The notes beneath the pieces were generated by a model. The model was not told the DNA's origin. It did not search any database and saw only the letters and a program-made list of their open reading frames with translations. A stretch of 64,000 nucleotides of DNA from Kondoa subrosea. Taxonomy: Eukaryota. Location: assembly GCA_039545335.1 (NCBI GenBank), contig BCIN01000004.1:1416925-1480924 (forward strand), in the 5' to 3' direction. Shown piece after piece: positions 36,383 to 47,646 of this stretch. The position numbers and the translations under genes were made by a program. How positions within the stretch are numbered: position 1 is the first letter of the stretch; every line of letters begins with the position of its first letter.

Positions 36383-37563
36383 ATGACTGCAGACGAGCTG
36401 GTGATCACTTCGCCTGCTGATTTCCATTGTCATTTGCGACAGAATGACTTGATGAAACTTGTCACCCCTCACGTTAAGCAAGGCGGAATGGACTTAGCCT
36501 ACGTTATGGTGCTTTCTCTTTCACTCTGTCTTGTTTCTTCTTCCATGTTCATGCTTTAGTTATAGCCAAATCTGTCTCCTCCGATAACGACAGTCAATCA
36601 AGCTGTAGCCTATCGCGAGGAACTTCAGCAATTGGCACCAGAAGTTCAGTTCCTCATGACTTTATTCCTTTCTCCTGCTTTGACTCCGCAAGAAATCGTC
36701 AAAGCCAAACAACATGGTATTTCAGGTGTCAAGTCTTACCCTCGTGGGGTTACAACTGGCAGTGAATCAGGCGTAGAAAGCTACGAGAGGTACTATGATG
36801 TGTTTGAGGAGATGGAAAGGCAAGATTTGGTATTGAACCTGCACGGGGAGGTGCCTTCAGATCCGCGAAGTGTATGTTCTCATCCTCCGTAATGTTTCTT
36901 GATGTCATTCTTGTGGTATATCAGGGCACATCCGTCTTAAACGCTGAAGAACGCTTTCTTTCCCATCTTCGCTCTTTGCACTCTCGATTTCCCAAACTTC
37001 GAATAGTTCTCGAACACGCAACTACTTCAGCAGCAGTTGAATGCGTCAAATCTCTAGGATCAACAGTAGCATGTTCTATAACAGCCCATCATCTCTTCTT
37101 AACAATAGACGATGTCGTTGGTCAACCTTTGCATTTCTGTAAACCGGTAGCAAAAACGTATGAAGATCGTCAAGCTTTACGTAAAGTAATAGCAGAAGGT
37201 CATGATCGATTCTTCCTTGGATCAGATTCGGCACCTCATGTCTTTGATAAGAAGATGCCTAGTTTATCGTTGGATGAAGGAGCAAGTCATGCTTGTGCTG
37301 CTGGAGTTTATACTTCTCCTCTATTATTACCTTTAGTAGCGCATGCTTTTGAAGCGCAAGGAATGGATCCCAAGATCTCGCTAGAGAGGTTAGAAGGATT
37401 CGTAAGCGGGAACGGAAGGAAGTTTTACAAAGTCCCTGCTCAATCAAATTCAACGGTCAAGATAAGGAGAACGGAAGAGAAAATTGTGAAAGGTTATCAA
37501 ATGGGAAAAGATTGGGTAATTCCATTTAAAGCTGGACAATCGATAGGCTGGGAAATAGTATAA
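36383..37563 (+). CDS. URA4: Dihydroorotase (homodimeric type)
   Basis: DFHCHLR, YVMPNL, GVKSYPRGVTT, LNLHGE, VLEHATT, ITAHHL, FCKPVAK, FFLGSDSAPH, AAGVYT. Confidence 0.97.
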
Positions 37564-37617
37564 TGACAATTGAACGACTTTAGAACTACTACAAGGCCAA
37601 TCATACATATATGTACA

Positions 37618-39189
37618 CTACCGTACTGGCATACCAAGTCTAGCTAATCTGCCAGGCGCAGACTGCTGCTGTCTTCTTTGCACTTCGCTCGCAACCGGTT
37701 TTGAGGGTGTAGCCCATCGAGATTGCGAGGTTTCTGACGGCGCATTTGTAGCCCATCTCGATTGCTGCGGCTCTGTTTTCGACTGCACTTGCCGTTCTTC
37801 GATTGCTGAAGCTTGTGGTATTGGCGCAGAATGGGATAAAGATGCTTTCCGTGATGTTATCGGTGAGACTTTCCGTGCCATCAATTGAGCGGCAGTATAC
37901 CCCCATCTATTCAATGTATAAGCACGATGTGCGATCAAAGTGGGCAGTCTGTCAGCTTACTCTTCGATCCCAAAATCTTCATCATCCTCTTCTTCATCCG
38001 CTGCCCAGTCTCTCATCTTTCGAGGTGATACATCTACAGGAGGAGCAGTCGCTGGCGTGGTCACCGATAAGGAATTGGGTTGCATTGAGCTCGGAGATGG
38101 CACGGGCGCAGATTCGGTTGACGCGCTACCCTGCACTTTTACAAACGTCGAAGCTTTCAAAGGTTCTTGGTGCATCGACTTCGGCGTATCTACTGCATCA
38201 TCTCACTGTCAGGTATTGTACAGCATTCGGAAGCATCCACGCTGACCAGATGAAGAGGCATGAGCAAAGATCGAGCTCCTCTTCTCTTCTTGCTGCTCTT
38301 TCTTACTGCCAGAAATACCCCCTCTTGGATCACTCGCTTCCATTTCAACTTTCTTCACCAATTCTCTCATCGATCTAGGTCCAGTAGGCACATTCACATC
38401 CATTCCCTTTTCTTCACTCTTTGCATTCTTTACACCTAAATCTTCTACGACTTTCTTACTTCTAGGAGTACCGTTGAGCGCAGATTGTCTTTGACGTAAA
38501 TTCAATTGATCAAGTAATCGAGTAGCGGAATCGATTTCCTTTGATGATGGCTTCTTTCTCGATTGATCCGATTCTTTTAATGCTGCGATTTCAGGAGATA
38601 TAGTAATTGAAGAGGAAGCAGTAGGTGGTGAGTGGGAGGCTTCTCCTGATGCAGAAGAGGCAGCAGTAAGAGGAAGAGAAGATACATTATGAGACGGAGG
38701 TGATGTCGATGACGGAAGCTTGACTTGTGTCTTTACTGGTGCTGGAGAAGAAGGTACAGAGTCTACACTGGCTGATAAAGCTGCTTTTGTGGCGGTTTGG
38801 AAAGAGACAGTTGATTGAGTTTCTTGTTCAGGCAGGGGAGAAATAGATGGTGTTTCCATCTTTTTTTGGAGCTTCGCTGTAGCCTGAACAGTAGTAGAGA
38901 CAGGAGCAATCTTCTGAGATTTCTGAATTGTAGCCTTTGATGTGCTCGGCGCTGATGAAGCCCACATACTCGCAGCTGAACCAACATTGCTCTCTTTCTT
39001 CTTCTGAATAACCGGTGTTGAATTGAGGTAGAAACTTTCAGGTTCAGGTAGACTTGGTTTGACTTGTTTCTTTGTTCTATCGCGAGGTCTTTGTCGAGGA
39101 CTCTTAGGCGGGCTGGAGGATAATTGCGGTTCTTTTGTTTGTGACACAGGAGGACCCAGTCGTGAGAGAAGAGAGGGCACAGCAGTCAT
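37618..39189 (-). CDS. Low-complexity disordered protein (about three exons)
   Basis: 326-aa ORF plus two downstream exons with CTGAC branch signals; short motifs SLLSRLG, VPTGPR, DWAADEEEDD, SRWAT twice. Confidence 0.65.
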
Positions 39190-39528
39190 AGTGTCCTACC
39201 TTGCTGTATTGTCGGCAGCGGGAGTTATCTTCTAGCTCAACGTATTGCGACAGCAAGGAGAAGGAAAGGGAGAGATATGATTGAAGCACTGAATAGAGCA
39301 GCAGCACCAGTTCTCAGCAGCTTCCCTTGACAATAGCTAAGTGTTGTTATGCAAACGAGCCAATCTTCAGAGAGCGGTCTCTTCCAGCTTATTTGTAGCT
39401 CTGAATGATATCCTCCGTCTAGGTATACAGGCGGCACAGTCTGGTATTGCCTTGTCGCGGTTTCTTGACAACAGCATTTCGAAACAATTCGATCAGGTTG
39501 TCTTCTCTGCTCCACGACTCAGCCCAAC

Positions 39529-40046
39529 ATGCCTAAGCCATCTGGTGAGCTGACTGACTGACTGCTTCTCATGGTGCTGTACTGATGTGCAGCTCTCGTA
39601 TAGCACCCGAACTGAAAAAGGTGAGCTTCTTTGTCGAACTATGCTGTTATCTCAGCTTAGATCCATCACAACTCACAGTACATGGTCAGTAAAGACGTCT
39701 TCTCAATTCAATTCCAGACTAACGCCTTCAAACAGGACAAGAAGCTCTTTGTCAACTTGCAAGGCAACCGCAAAGGTTTTTCGACTTTCGTGCTTGTTTC
39801 ATGGCATGTGGTCTAATTCTCAGTCATTCCTACAGTCTCGGGAACATTGAGAGGCTATGACATCTTCTTGAATTTGGTATTGGATGATGCAGTGGATGAA
39901 ACAAAGGCAGCAGAGCAAAAACAGATTGGCACAATGGTTCGCGCTTTAGGGCGTAGTCATGGAATGTGGAAAGCTCATAATGTTGGATACAGGTCATTAG
40001 AGGCAACTCGGTTTCGTCAATAGAAACGCTGCCATACGCAAGGTAG
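39529..40046 (+). CDS. SMX2: Small nuclear ribonucleoprotein G (SmG), with micro-exons
   Basis: Spliced MPKPSAPELKK/YM/DKKLFVNLQGNRKVSGTLRGYDIFLNLVLDDAVDE..IGTM/VIRGNSVSSIE. Confidence 0.93.
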
Positions 40047-40526
40047 TCAAGCGAGTAGTTCGAATGGAAAATGCAAATTGGTGCAATGTATTCTTATTAT
40101 GATCAATACCTCGAAGCGCCCTCCGGAGCAATATCACAGCAACAGTTGCACGACAGCCACCATCTAGAAGCTGATCCTCTCTACCTTCTCTTTGCCCCAT
40201 TACTTGCTCGTCACCTTTTGTCTGGTTTCTCTCTCATTGTTACCTGCGCTCTCTTCGCCACATCTCACAACAGCTATCTGTACGAGAGGTTGATCTTTCC
40301 TCGTAAGGGACATTCAAGTGTCGTTTTCCGACAAGACGTTCACTTGTTGTTTGGTTTTTGCTGCATTTGCATTGCGATCTTCAACTACTGCGCGTAACAT
40401 ATGTATACGAACCATTCTCTATTACAAGCTTTGCAACCTATTCTACAATTCTCTCTAATATCTATAATGGATGCAAGTATGATTTACAAAACGAGAAGCG
40501 AAATGCATAGTCTTCTTTGACCCAAT

Positions 40527-41949
40527 TCATATCCAGGAACCCTAGCAGCAGAAGAAACCCTCATCAGCTGCACATAGTAGAATCCAAAGACAAAAACACA
40601 TACTTGACCATGATGTAAGAAATACTTTGGTATTCCAGTCGCTCCTCGTAACCCTGTACCCATTCAAGATCAGTACAAGATTTCCATACAACTAATGTAA
40701 CCTCGAAGGAACTTACAAGAAGCAGGTGGTAAAATCACAGCATTGCCTAATTTGACAGGATTACTAATAGCATAAGAACGTCTCCAAACTTCTTCTTCCG
40801 TTTTCAATTTCGGATCTTTAGCTAATATTGATATAAGACAAGCATCTGAAAAAGTTCTAGGTCCAGTAGTTGCCAGAACGGTGCCGAAATCCCTGTTGTC
40901 ATAAATATCAGTAAATCTTTATTTGAAAGACTAAGGAAGAGGAAGAGTTTTTCCTTACCAATTAGCTTCTGTTATGGATGCCACGTTTTGTAGCTCTGCC
41001 AAACGGTGAGAACGTAGAATGGTTTCGATAATTGCTGTTCTGAAAATAGGCGAGAGTGGTTTAGCGAGCATAACGTCTAGGTGTTCAGAGAGTTTAGAGG
41101 ATGCGTTCTTTTTGGGCAACGTGAAAGAGACAAACATTGGACATAATCGATAATGCGATCTGTTCGAGAAGCGATGAGAACGGCTCCCAAATTGCCTGAA
41201 AATGAAAGCGCTTACTCCAGCTATATCGATCATGAGGACCATCGTACTCTAACCCAATCCCTGCTGTTACATCTGGATTTGCCCATTGAGATTCGGTGAG
41301 CCATTTGCTGATTGGAATATTGCACGTAGTGTCGACATCGGCATAGAGGCCTGCGAAAAGAGACATTACAGAAAGATCATAGCATAGAGCATAGAGCGCA
41401 TACCACCTAGAGCACTTAAAAGAGAATTAGAAGAGCCAGCATTGATACGAGTTGATGCACGAACTAAGGTATAAGGTATCTGAACAGATCGAAACGCAAG
41501 ACATTCTTAGGATAAGCCTTCCAAGTGTCCAAGATATCCGGTACGTCCTGAAAGATTTGGAAAACGAGTTGCTCTGCCTCTTCATCTCGTAACAATTTGT
41601 ACTCCCAGTCCGGATTCAAGTCTATCCAGCTACTTCTCCATTTATATAAGCCATCATCTTTCCATGATTGCCATATTACTTTGTTCCAGCTGGTATTACC
41701 AGGTCGGTTGACTTCATAGCGATCAAGATCTTCATTCAAGCGTTTCTCGAGAGCGAAAGAAGCTTGCGATCTTGAAGGTGAATCTGGTCTCCAGAATCGT
41801 CCATTGTTGTATTGTTCAGATAGACGGACAGTTAGGCGTTCACCAGAGAGGTAATGAAGTCCGAGAAAAATGACAAGACCCAAGCCAAGCAGTGCTGTAA
41901 ACTGGTTGCATCGCGTTTGAAATCGCGTTGGCTGTGGTATGGAGAGCAT
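40527..41949 (-). CDS. Glycosyltransferase family 32 (Och1/Hoc1-like mannosyltransferase), type II membrane protein
   Basis: N-terminal TM; KVIWQSW, WIDLNPDWEY, YPKNVLRFDLFRYL, GLYADVDT (DxD), VLATTGPRTFSD, HHGQGSW. Confidence 0.9.
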
Positions 41950-42677
41950 ATCGTGGATTTGAGAAGCAATCAAGCCCTCAAGGCGGATACATTGTCAAGG
42001 GTAAGGAAAACGTCCGAATCTTTAGATGGGCATCTCTTGACAAGAAGCAACCGACGAGTTGGCGACTTGCGGACTGACTGGAGATGCCTGTTGTGTATGC
42101 AGTATCCCTACAAACCACGGGCTCATGAAACGTTCTTGAGCGACTCAGTCCAATTTGGCAGGAGTGATCTTGCGCCGAACAGAAGCTACGGCTTCGCTTC
42201 AATGCCTCCTGCTTCTCATGGTCGCGTGCTGCAATAATGGAGTCGTTACGATAACTGTATTCTAGAGCTGTTTTCATCTTATGTCAGCATTGATTTCATG
42301 TGTTGGGTCATTTGTGCTTCTTCTGCTGCTGCTATCCTCCTGTCTGGTTCTGTCCTTCCATTATGACACCTCGAGCTCCTGTTGCGCGAGAAGAGGCTCC
42401 CACCGTAGTGATCTATGGCGCTCTCCAGCTCTATCTCTTTTCTCTCTGCGTTCTATCTTGCTGTTGATCTTCGTAAGTATCGTGTCAACAGACTGGCTGT
42501 GACAAGGAAGACGACATGCTACCGGTCGGCATATAGCTAGTTTCGGGCAAATTGTAGGCTTTTCGTGAATTAGAACAACAGGGGCAATGAAACCCTAGCC
42601 TGATGCTCAAAATGGAATCGTGTAGGGTGAGCGATACTTAAGAATGCAAAATAGGACTACAATGCTGGAACACGCTA

Positions 42678-43338
42678 TCACGACAATCTTTCTAGATCTC
42701 GCGGCTTAGTCAACTTGGCATTAGGCGGCTTCATGCGGTTTATAGCATCTCTGACTACCCAATTCAGTCGGGTTTCTTGATCGGAGTTGAGGGCGAAATG
42801 ACCGCCCGCGAGATAAGTAGTCATGCGGTCCAAAAAGGGACTTGTCTGCTCGTAATATGTTTACCTGTTTGGAAGGCAAATCCAATCGATCAACTCACAT
42901 TTGGGCAGATACCATCTATGTGATGATGTAGCTCAGCCGTTGGCGTAGGGGTCAATGCGATATGGAATTGCTGGCCATCCATTCCGACTGTCTCATTGTA
43001 GCCATGGAGCGAAACATGGCACCAGTGACAGTCGTAAGTCACGTCCCAAGTCCTTTTCCACATCTGGCATGCCAGATAATGGAAGTCAGGCAAGTACTCA
43101 TCAATTCGCGCAAGGCGATATCGAACCTGATGGCCGATGATTTCTCCATAACGGCCGTACTTATACTTATATTGTGAAGCAATGACAAGTCAATTAGACT
43201 GTGCTGAAAAGAGAGAGAGAGAACTGACTACGACCTCCTCTCTGTCAACTTCCTTAGTGTATCTGCGAGGACAGAACGCCTAATGCCATATGAATAAGAG
43301 CAGTATAGTACAGATGATGACTTCCTTACGTATGTCAT
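42678..43338 (-). CDS. Orphan 164-aa four-exon protein with a BIR/C3HC-like zinc-binding pattern
   Basis: Exons 43338-43330, 43279-43229, 43165-42899 and 42845-42678 join via GT-AG introns of 50, 63 and 53 nt with no stops; contains CHWC and H-x6-C-P. Confidence 0.7.
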
Positions 43339-44480
43339 GCTGTATCGAGTTTGCAGAAGAACGAGATTGGAATGAGAAAAGAAGGAAAAGAGCCAAATTA
43401 TGAGACGAAACCAAGTCACACAAAGGGAGCGAAACCCAATCTTGAACTGATGACTAAAGATCATTAGTCAAATACTTGGATGCATTACCCGATACAGTCG
43501 TGGACGGATTCTTGATCTAGAGGATGTTTCGTCGATGCAGGAAGGAAGAAAGCAGGAAGGAAGAAACAAGATACTTGGGGCAAGCATCTTTGCGATCTGG
43601 TACAACATACGACTTATAGCGCAAATGAGGATCTCTTCCGGCCTTCCCTTGGTCATGCGGTTTTTTTTTGCCCTACTTGCTAAAAGGTAGGACATCCCAT
43701 TAATGGCATGGTAGCTTGATAGATCGTCGTGTCTGATGCTCGTATTTCTTTGTTTTATGTCCAAGAGTGATGCCAATGGGGTTTTGCCCTATTCGCGATT
43801 TTGCCTAAACTCGACTTCCCGATCTTTGAACTTTATATAGACATAGACAATTCCACAGGCTACGAAAGGAACACAAAACGACTGGGAAAGCAAGTAGCTC
43901 GGATGAAAAGAGAGCTCGCATGGAGGCACAAAACATTTCATGCGAGAGCCGGACAGCAAGCGCAAAAGATGGGGAAGAAGGGGAAGAAGAAGACGAAGAA
44001 GAAGATATATGGAACGATGTGAGAGAGGTATAGCAGAGGCCTTACAGCTATTACTTAGCAAAGCTTGAAGAACAAGCCTCGCGAAAGTTTCAAGGGGCAG
44101 GACTTCCCGAGAATTCTTGAAGGTCTTATTGTGAGCAGGAAAAAGTTTGATAGACAGAGTAGCAAAGCAGTGAATGTGTTGGCACAATTATCAGCCCATC
44201 TCGCAGTTCGGGTCGGTCAAAGACTAATTCATGACGACATCGAAAGTGCATGTCATTTCGAAGACCGCGCCTCTCTTCTTTCGGAACAGTCGAAAATCCT
44301 GTGCCCTGACAAGACACCAAAACATCAGACTGCTCTCCTCGTTGAGCACATCACCGGCCTTCCCTTTATCAGAGGTCTTGCGCAATTCGCAACTTTGCAC
44401 ATTTTCAAGTCAGCATTAACTTCCAATCACGGCTTTCATAGATCTGCATTTCCGAACCCCATCACTCTTATCAAGCAAGC

Positions 44481-47404
44481 ATGACACTTGTAGATTCTCT
44501 AAAATCGCTAGTTAGCCCGAGCAGCAAATCAAACAAAGCTTCGACTTCCCCTACATCTTCTACCACTGGTCATTCAAAATCTCGGTCTACAGCATCAACG
44601 AGTAGTGGTAAACACCGAACGGCAGAGATGCCTGCACCACATCAACCTGCACCCGTAGCAGCTGCAGCACCTCAATCAGCTCAACACGCAAATTATGCTG
44701 CTTTCGCTCCTGAACCAGCTTCGAGAAGTGAAAGGCATGAGTTTGGTGCCGCCAATCCTGCTGCTGCTCATGCTGGCAACCTACCGACCAAGTATAGTCC
44801 CGGTTTGACAAGTGCTGCTGCAAATTCGTCATCAGGCGATGATAACAGAGCTCGAGCTGAAAGAAGTGGGCATCACTTTTCTGGCTCTACGGATGGATGC
44901 TGACCACACTACTCAGTGCTGGAAGCCGAAAGAGCGAACAGGCATAAAATGCCAGTGTATGAAGGTCTACCAAGCAATCTAGAATTGTTGACTAAGATGG
45001 GAGAGTCAGTCATTTCTTTTCCCTTTGTTCTGACCACTACTCATGTGTTTGCATAGTGGTGCCTTCTCTAACGTCTACAAAGCTTACGACAAATTATCGA
45101 AACGGAAAGTTGCTATCAAGTGCGTGCGCAAGTACGAACTCAGCAATAATCAGGTTAGTGTCATTTCCTTCGCTTGAGTCCCTTCTTTCTATCAGCTACC
45201 GAGAGAAGGAAAAAGATGCTGATTCGCGCTTTTTGCTTTCCTTCTTTCCTTCTTCCTTCCTACTGCCTTGACATCGATCTCGCCTCGGTTGTGCGACTAC
45301 TTATATATATGCAACAAAATCGACAAACTTGATATTTTAGGACGGAGGCAAACATTTAGGCCCCAGTATGAAGAAGAAGCCACGTGCAACCGAGGTGGGT
45401 TCCAATTCCACCGCTTCTCTGTGTCTCTTCTTTTCCTCCGGGCTGGCATGATATTTGCTTTACTGTCTTTGGATTGCCAGCTTGGCTACTCAGAACAACC
45501 TTTACTGATTGCTGTATTCTTGTTTATACCTTACAGAGAGCCAATATTCTCAAAGAAGTACAGATTATGCGTGGATTACGCCATGGCGGAATTGTGGAAC
45601 TGCTCGCTTTCACCGAAAGTCGGGAACATTATTTCCTAGTTTTGGAACTAATGTATGTCGTGCTATCCTTTTTGTAGCTTCTGCTGTGGCTGATTGGGTA
45701 TTTCGGGATACAGGGAAGGAGGAGAATTGTTCCACCAAATTGTTAAACTCACCTACTTCAGTGAAGAACTGTCAAGACATGTTATTCTTCAAGTCGCTAA
45801 CGGTATTCGCTATCTGCATGAAGAGCGTGGTGTCATTCATCGGTGAGTTATCTATCTGACTCTCATGACATTTGACCGAACGATTATCTAGCGACATCAA
45901 ACCTGAAAATTTACTCTTTGACGCTATTCCAATCATTCCCTCCAAGACCAACAAAGCTAGACCATACGATGAAGAAAAAGAAGACGAAGGAGAATTTATT
46001 CCAGGCGTTGGAGGAGGAGGTATCGGTCGAGTCAAGATTGCTGATTTCGGATTGAGCAAAATTGTTTGGAACGAAGAAACAATGACACCTTGCGGAACTG
46101 TGGGCTACACTGCACCGGAAATTGTTAAAGATGAAAGATATTCGAAGAGCGTCGACATGTGGGCTTTGGGTTGCGTGCTATATACGTTGCTCTGTGGTTT
46201 CCCTCCTTTCTATGATGTAGGTGTTCGCGCACCATTTAGCAATAATGATTTGCTGATCGTGTCGAAAATACCTACAGGAAAGTATCAATGTCTTAACGGA
46301 AAAGGTCGCTCGCGGCTACTACACTTTCCTTTCACCTTGGTGGGACGATATCAGTGCTTCATGTAGGGCATACGACTGTTTCTTCAGCTGTAGCTGATCA
46401 AAGAACCGCGTGTCCACAGCCAAAGATCTCATTACTCATCTACTCTGTGTTGATCCCGACAAGCGATACACCATCGACGAGTTCCTGGCTCATCCTTGGT
46501 GCAATGCAAGCTGCTTACTCAGACTGCGCAATCCCTTTTTTAACGATGATTTGTTTTAGGAACAACCAAACAACGATCCAGCATCATTAATGGCTAAAGC
46601 TTCCCTGAGAGCACCAGGTGTGCAAGCTAACAACGTACCAATGGATTCACCTCTTCTACAAGAAGCTCGAATGGGATCTCGCGCACCAATGCGTTCACCA
46701 GGTGTAGCAGTCCTAAGAGAAGCTTTCGATGTCACCTATGCTGTTCATCGTATGGCAGAAGAAGGAGATCGTCGTCGTGCATACAATGGTCCGGGTGGAT
46801 CTGGAGCAAGAGGATTCTTGACTGGTCTGAACGAAGATGAAGAAGATGATGATGAAATTGATTTGGAAGCTACCAAGAGGAAGTATGGCGCCGGTGTGGC
46901 TCAAGTAGTGGCTCAGCAAGCAGCGAAAGATCAAGCGATGGCAGCGGCTGGTAAAACAGCACCGATTACTCAGAATTATCAGGGTGTGTTCAGTTCTTCA
47001 TTCAATCATTCAAATCAGCGGTGCTAACGTTTCTACGAAGGTTGGGGTGGTGCCAATCGCAAAGAAGGAAAGGAGAAAGAAAACTCCTTCTCCCTCTTCT
47101 CGCTAATTTTATTTTTTTTGTGATTACAGCCGAGGCGGTCCTTTACGATGGTCGAGCCGGCTCCAGAGTACGTCTTATTCCACATATTACGTTACTTGAG
47201 CTCATTGTATTCCAACTTATAGGACCGAGGCAAGCAAGCTGGCGGAAGAAAGGGCTTCGAGCTCAGCATGGACAACACTACGCTTTTAGGTTCGTTGTTG
47301 GTGTTCGGCACTAAGAATGCAGCCTGACGCCTTTTGCTCCAATAGGCAGGCGCAAGAAGCCGATAGGAGAATCACCTTTGTCTCAAGGCATGACTGCTCA
47401 TTAG
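44481..47404 (+). CDS. srk1: MAPK-activated CAMK-family kinase (Srk1/Rck1-Rck2 type)
   Basis: [70 protein letters not shown]-terminal [16 protein letters not shown]. Confidence 0.93.
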
Positions 47405-47646
47405 ATAAAACCCTTCTCGTTCATCTCCAGCTTACGATATGTTTGTGCATCAAAAGAGTAATTTGGCATTGCAAGAGTATGAAGACCCATGACAGATTAA
47501 GTCTATTGTTATTGAGAAGCATTGTGCATAATATTCAGCTGTATTACTACTTCAAAACCTCATTACTTCCCTTTCTTGACTGTATGGCATGTGCGACCAT
47601 TGATGGATGATAGATATGGGTGATGAGGGTATACATCAATATGACT

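Noticed and set aside
39529..40046. LSm7, a gene found near some red-yeast mating-type loci
   Set aside because: PELKKYMDKKL and IRGNSV indicate SmG, not LSm7.
40071..40397. 108-aa hydrophobic ORF ending ..FNYCA
   Set aside because: Lies between convergent 3' ends, is not a CAAX terminus and has no family motif.
43420..43428. ACAAAGGGA (Ustilago pheromone-response element) here, at 511-519, ~30697 and reversed at ~45020
   Set aside because: A purine-rich 9-mer easily produced by pyrimidine tracts; two hits are in coding or intron sequence and none was seen upstream of STE3.
43801..44484. Basic ORF (..KKGKKKTKKK..) and the 139-aa ORF upstream of srk1
   Set aside because: TTG starts, derived from GAAGAAG-type tracts, no recognisable domain or convincing splice structure; probably promoter or leader sequence.
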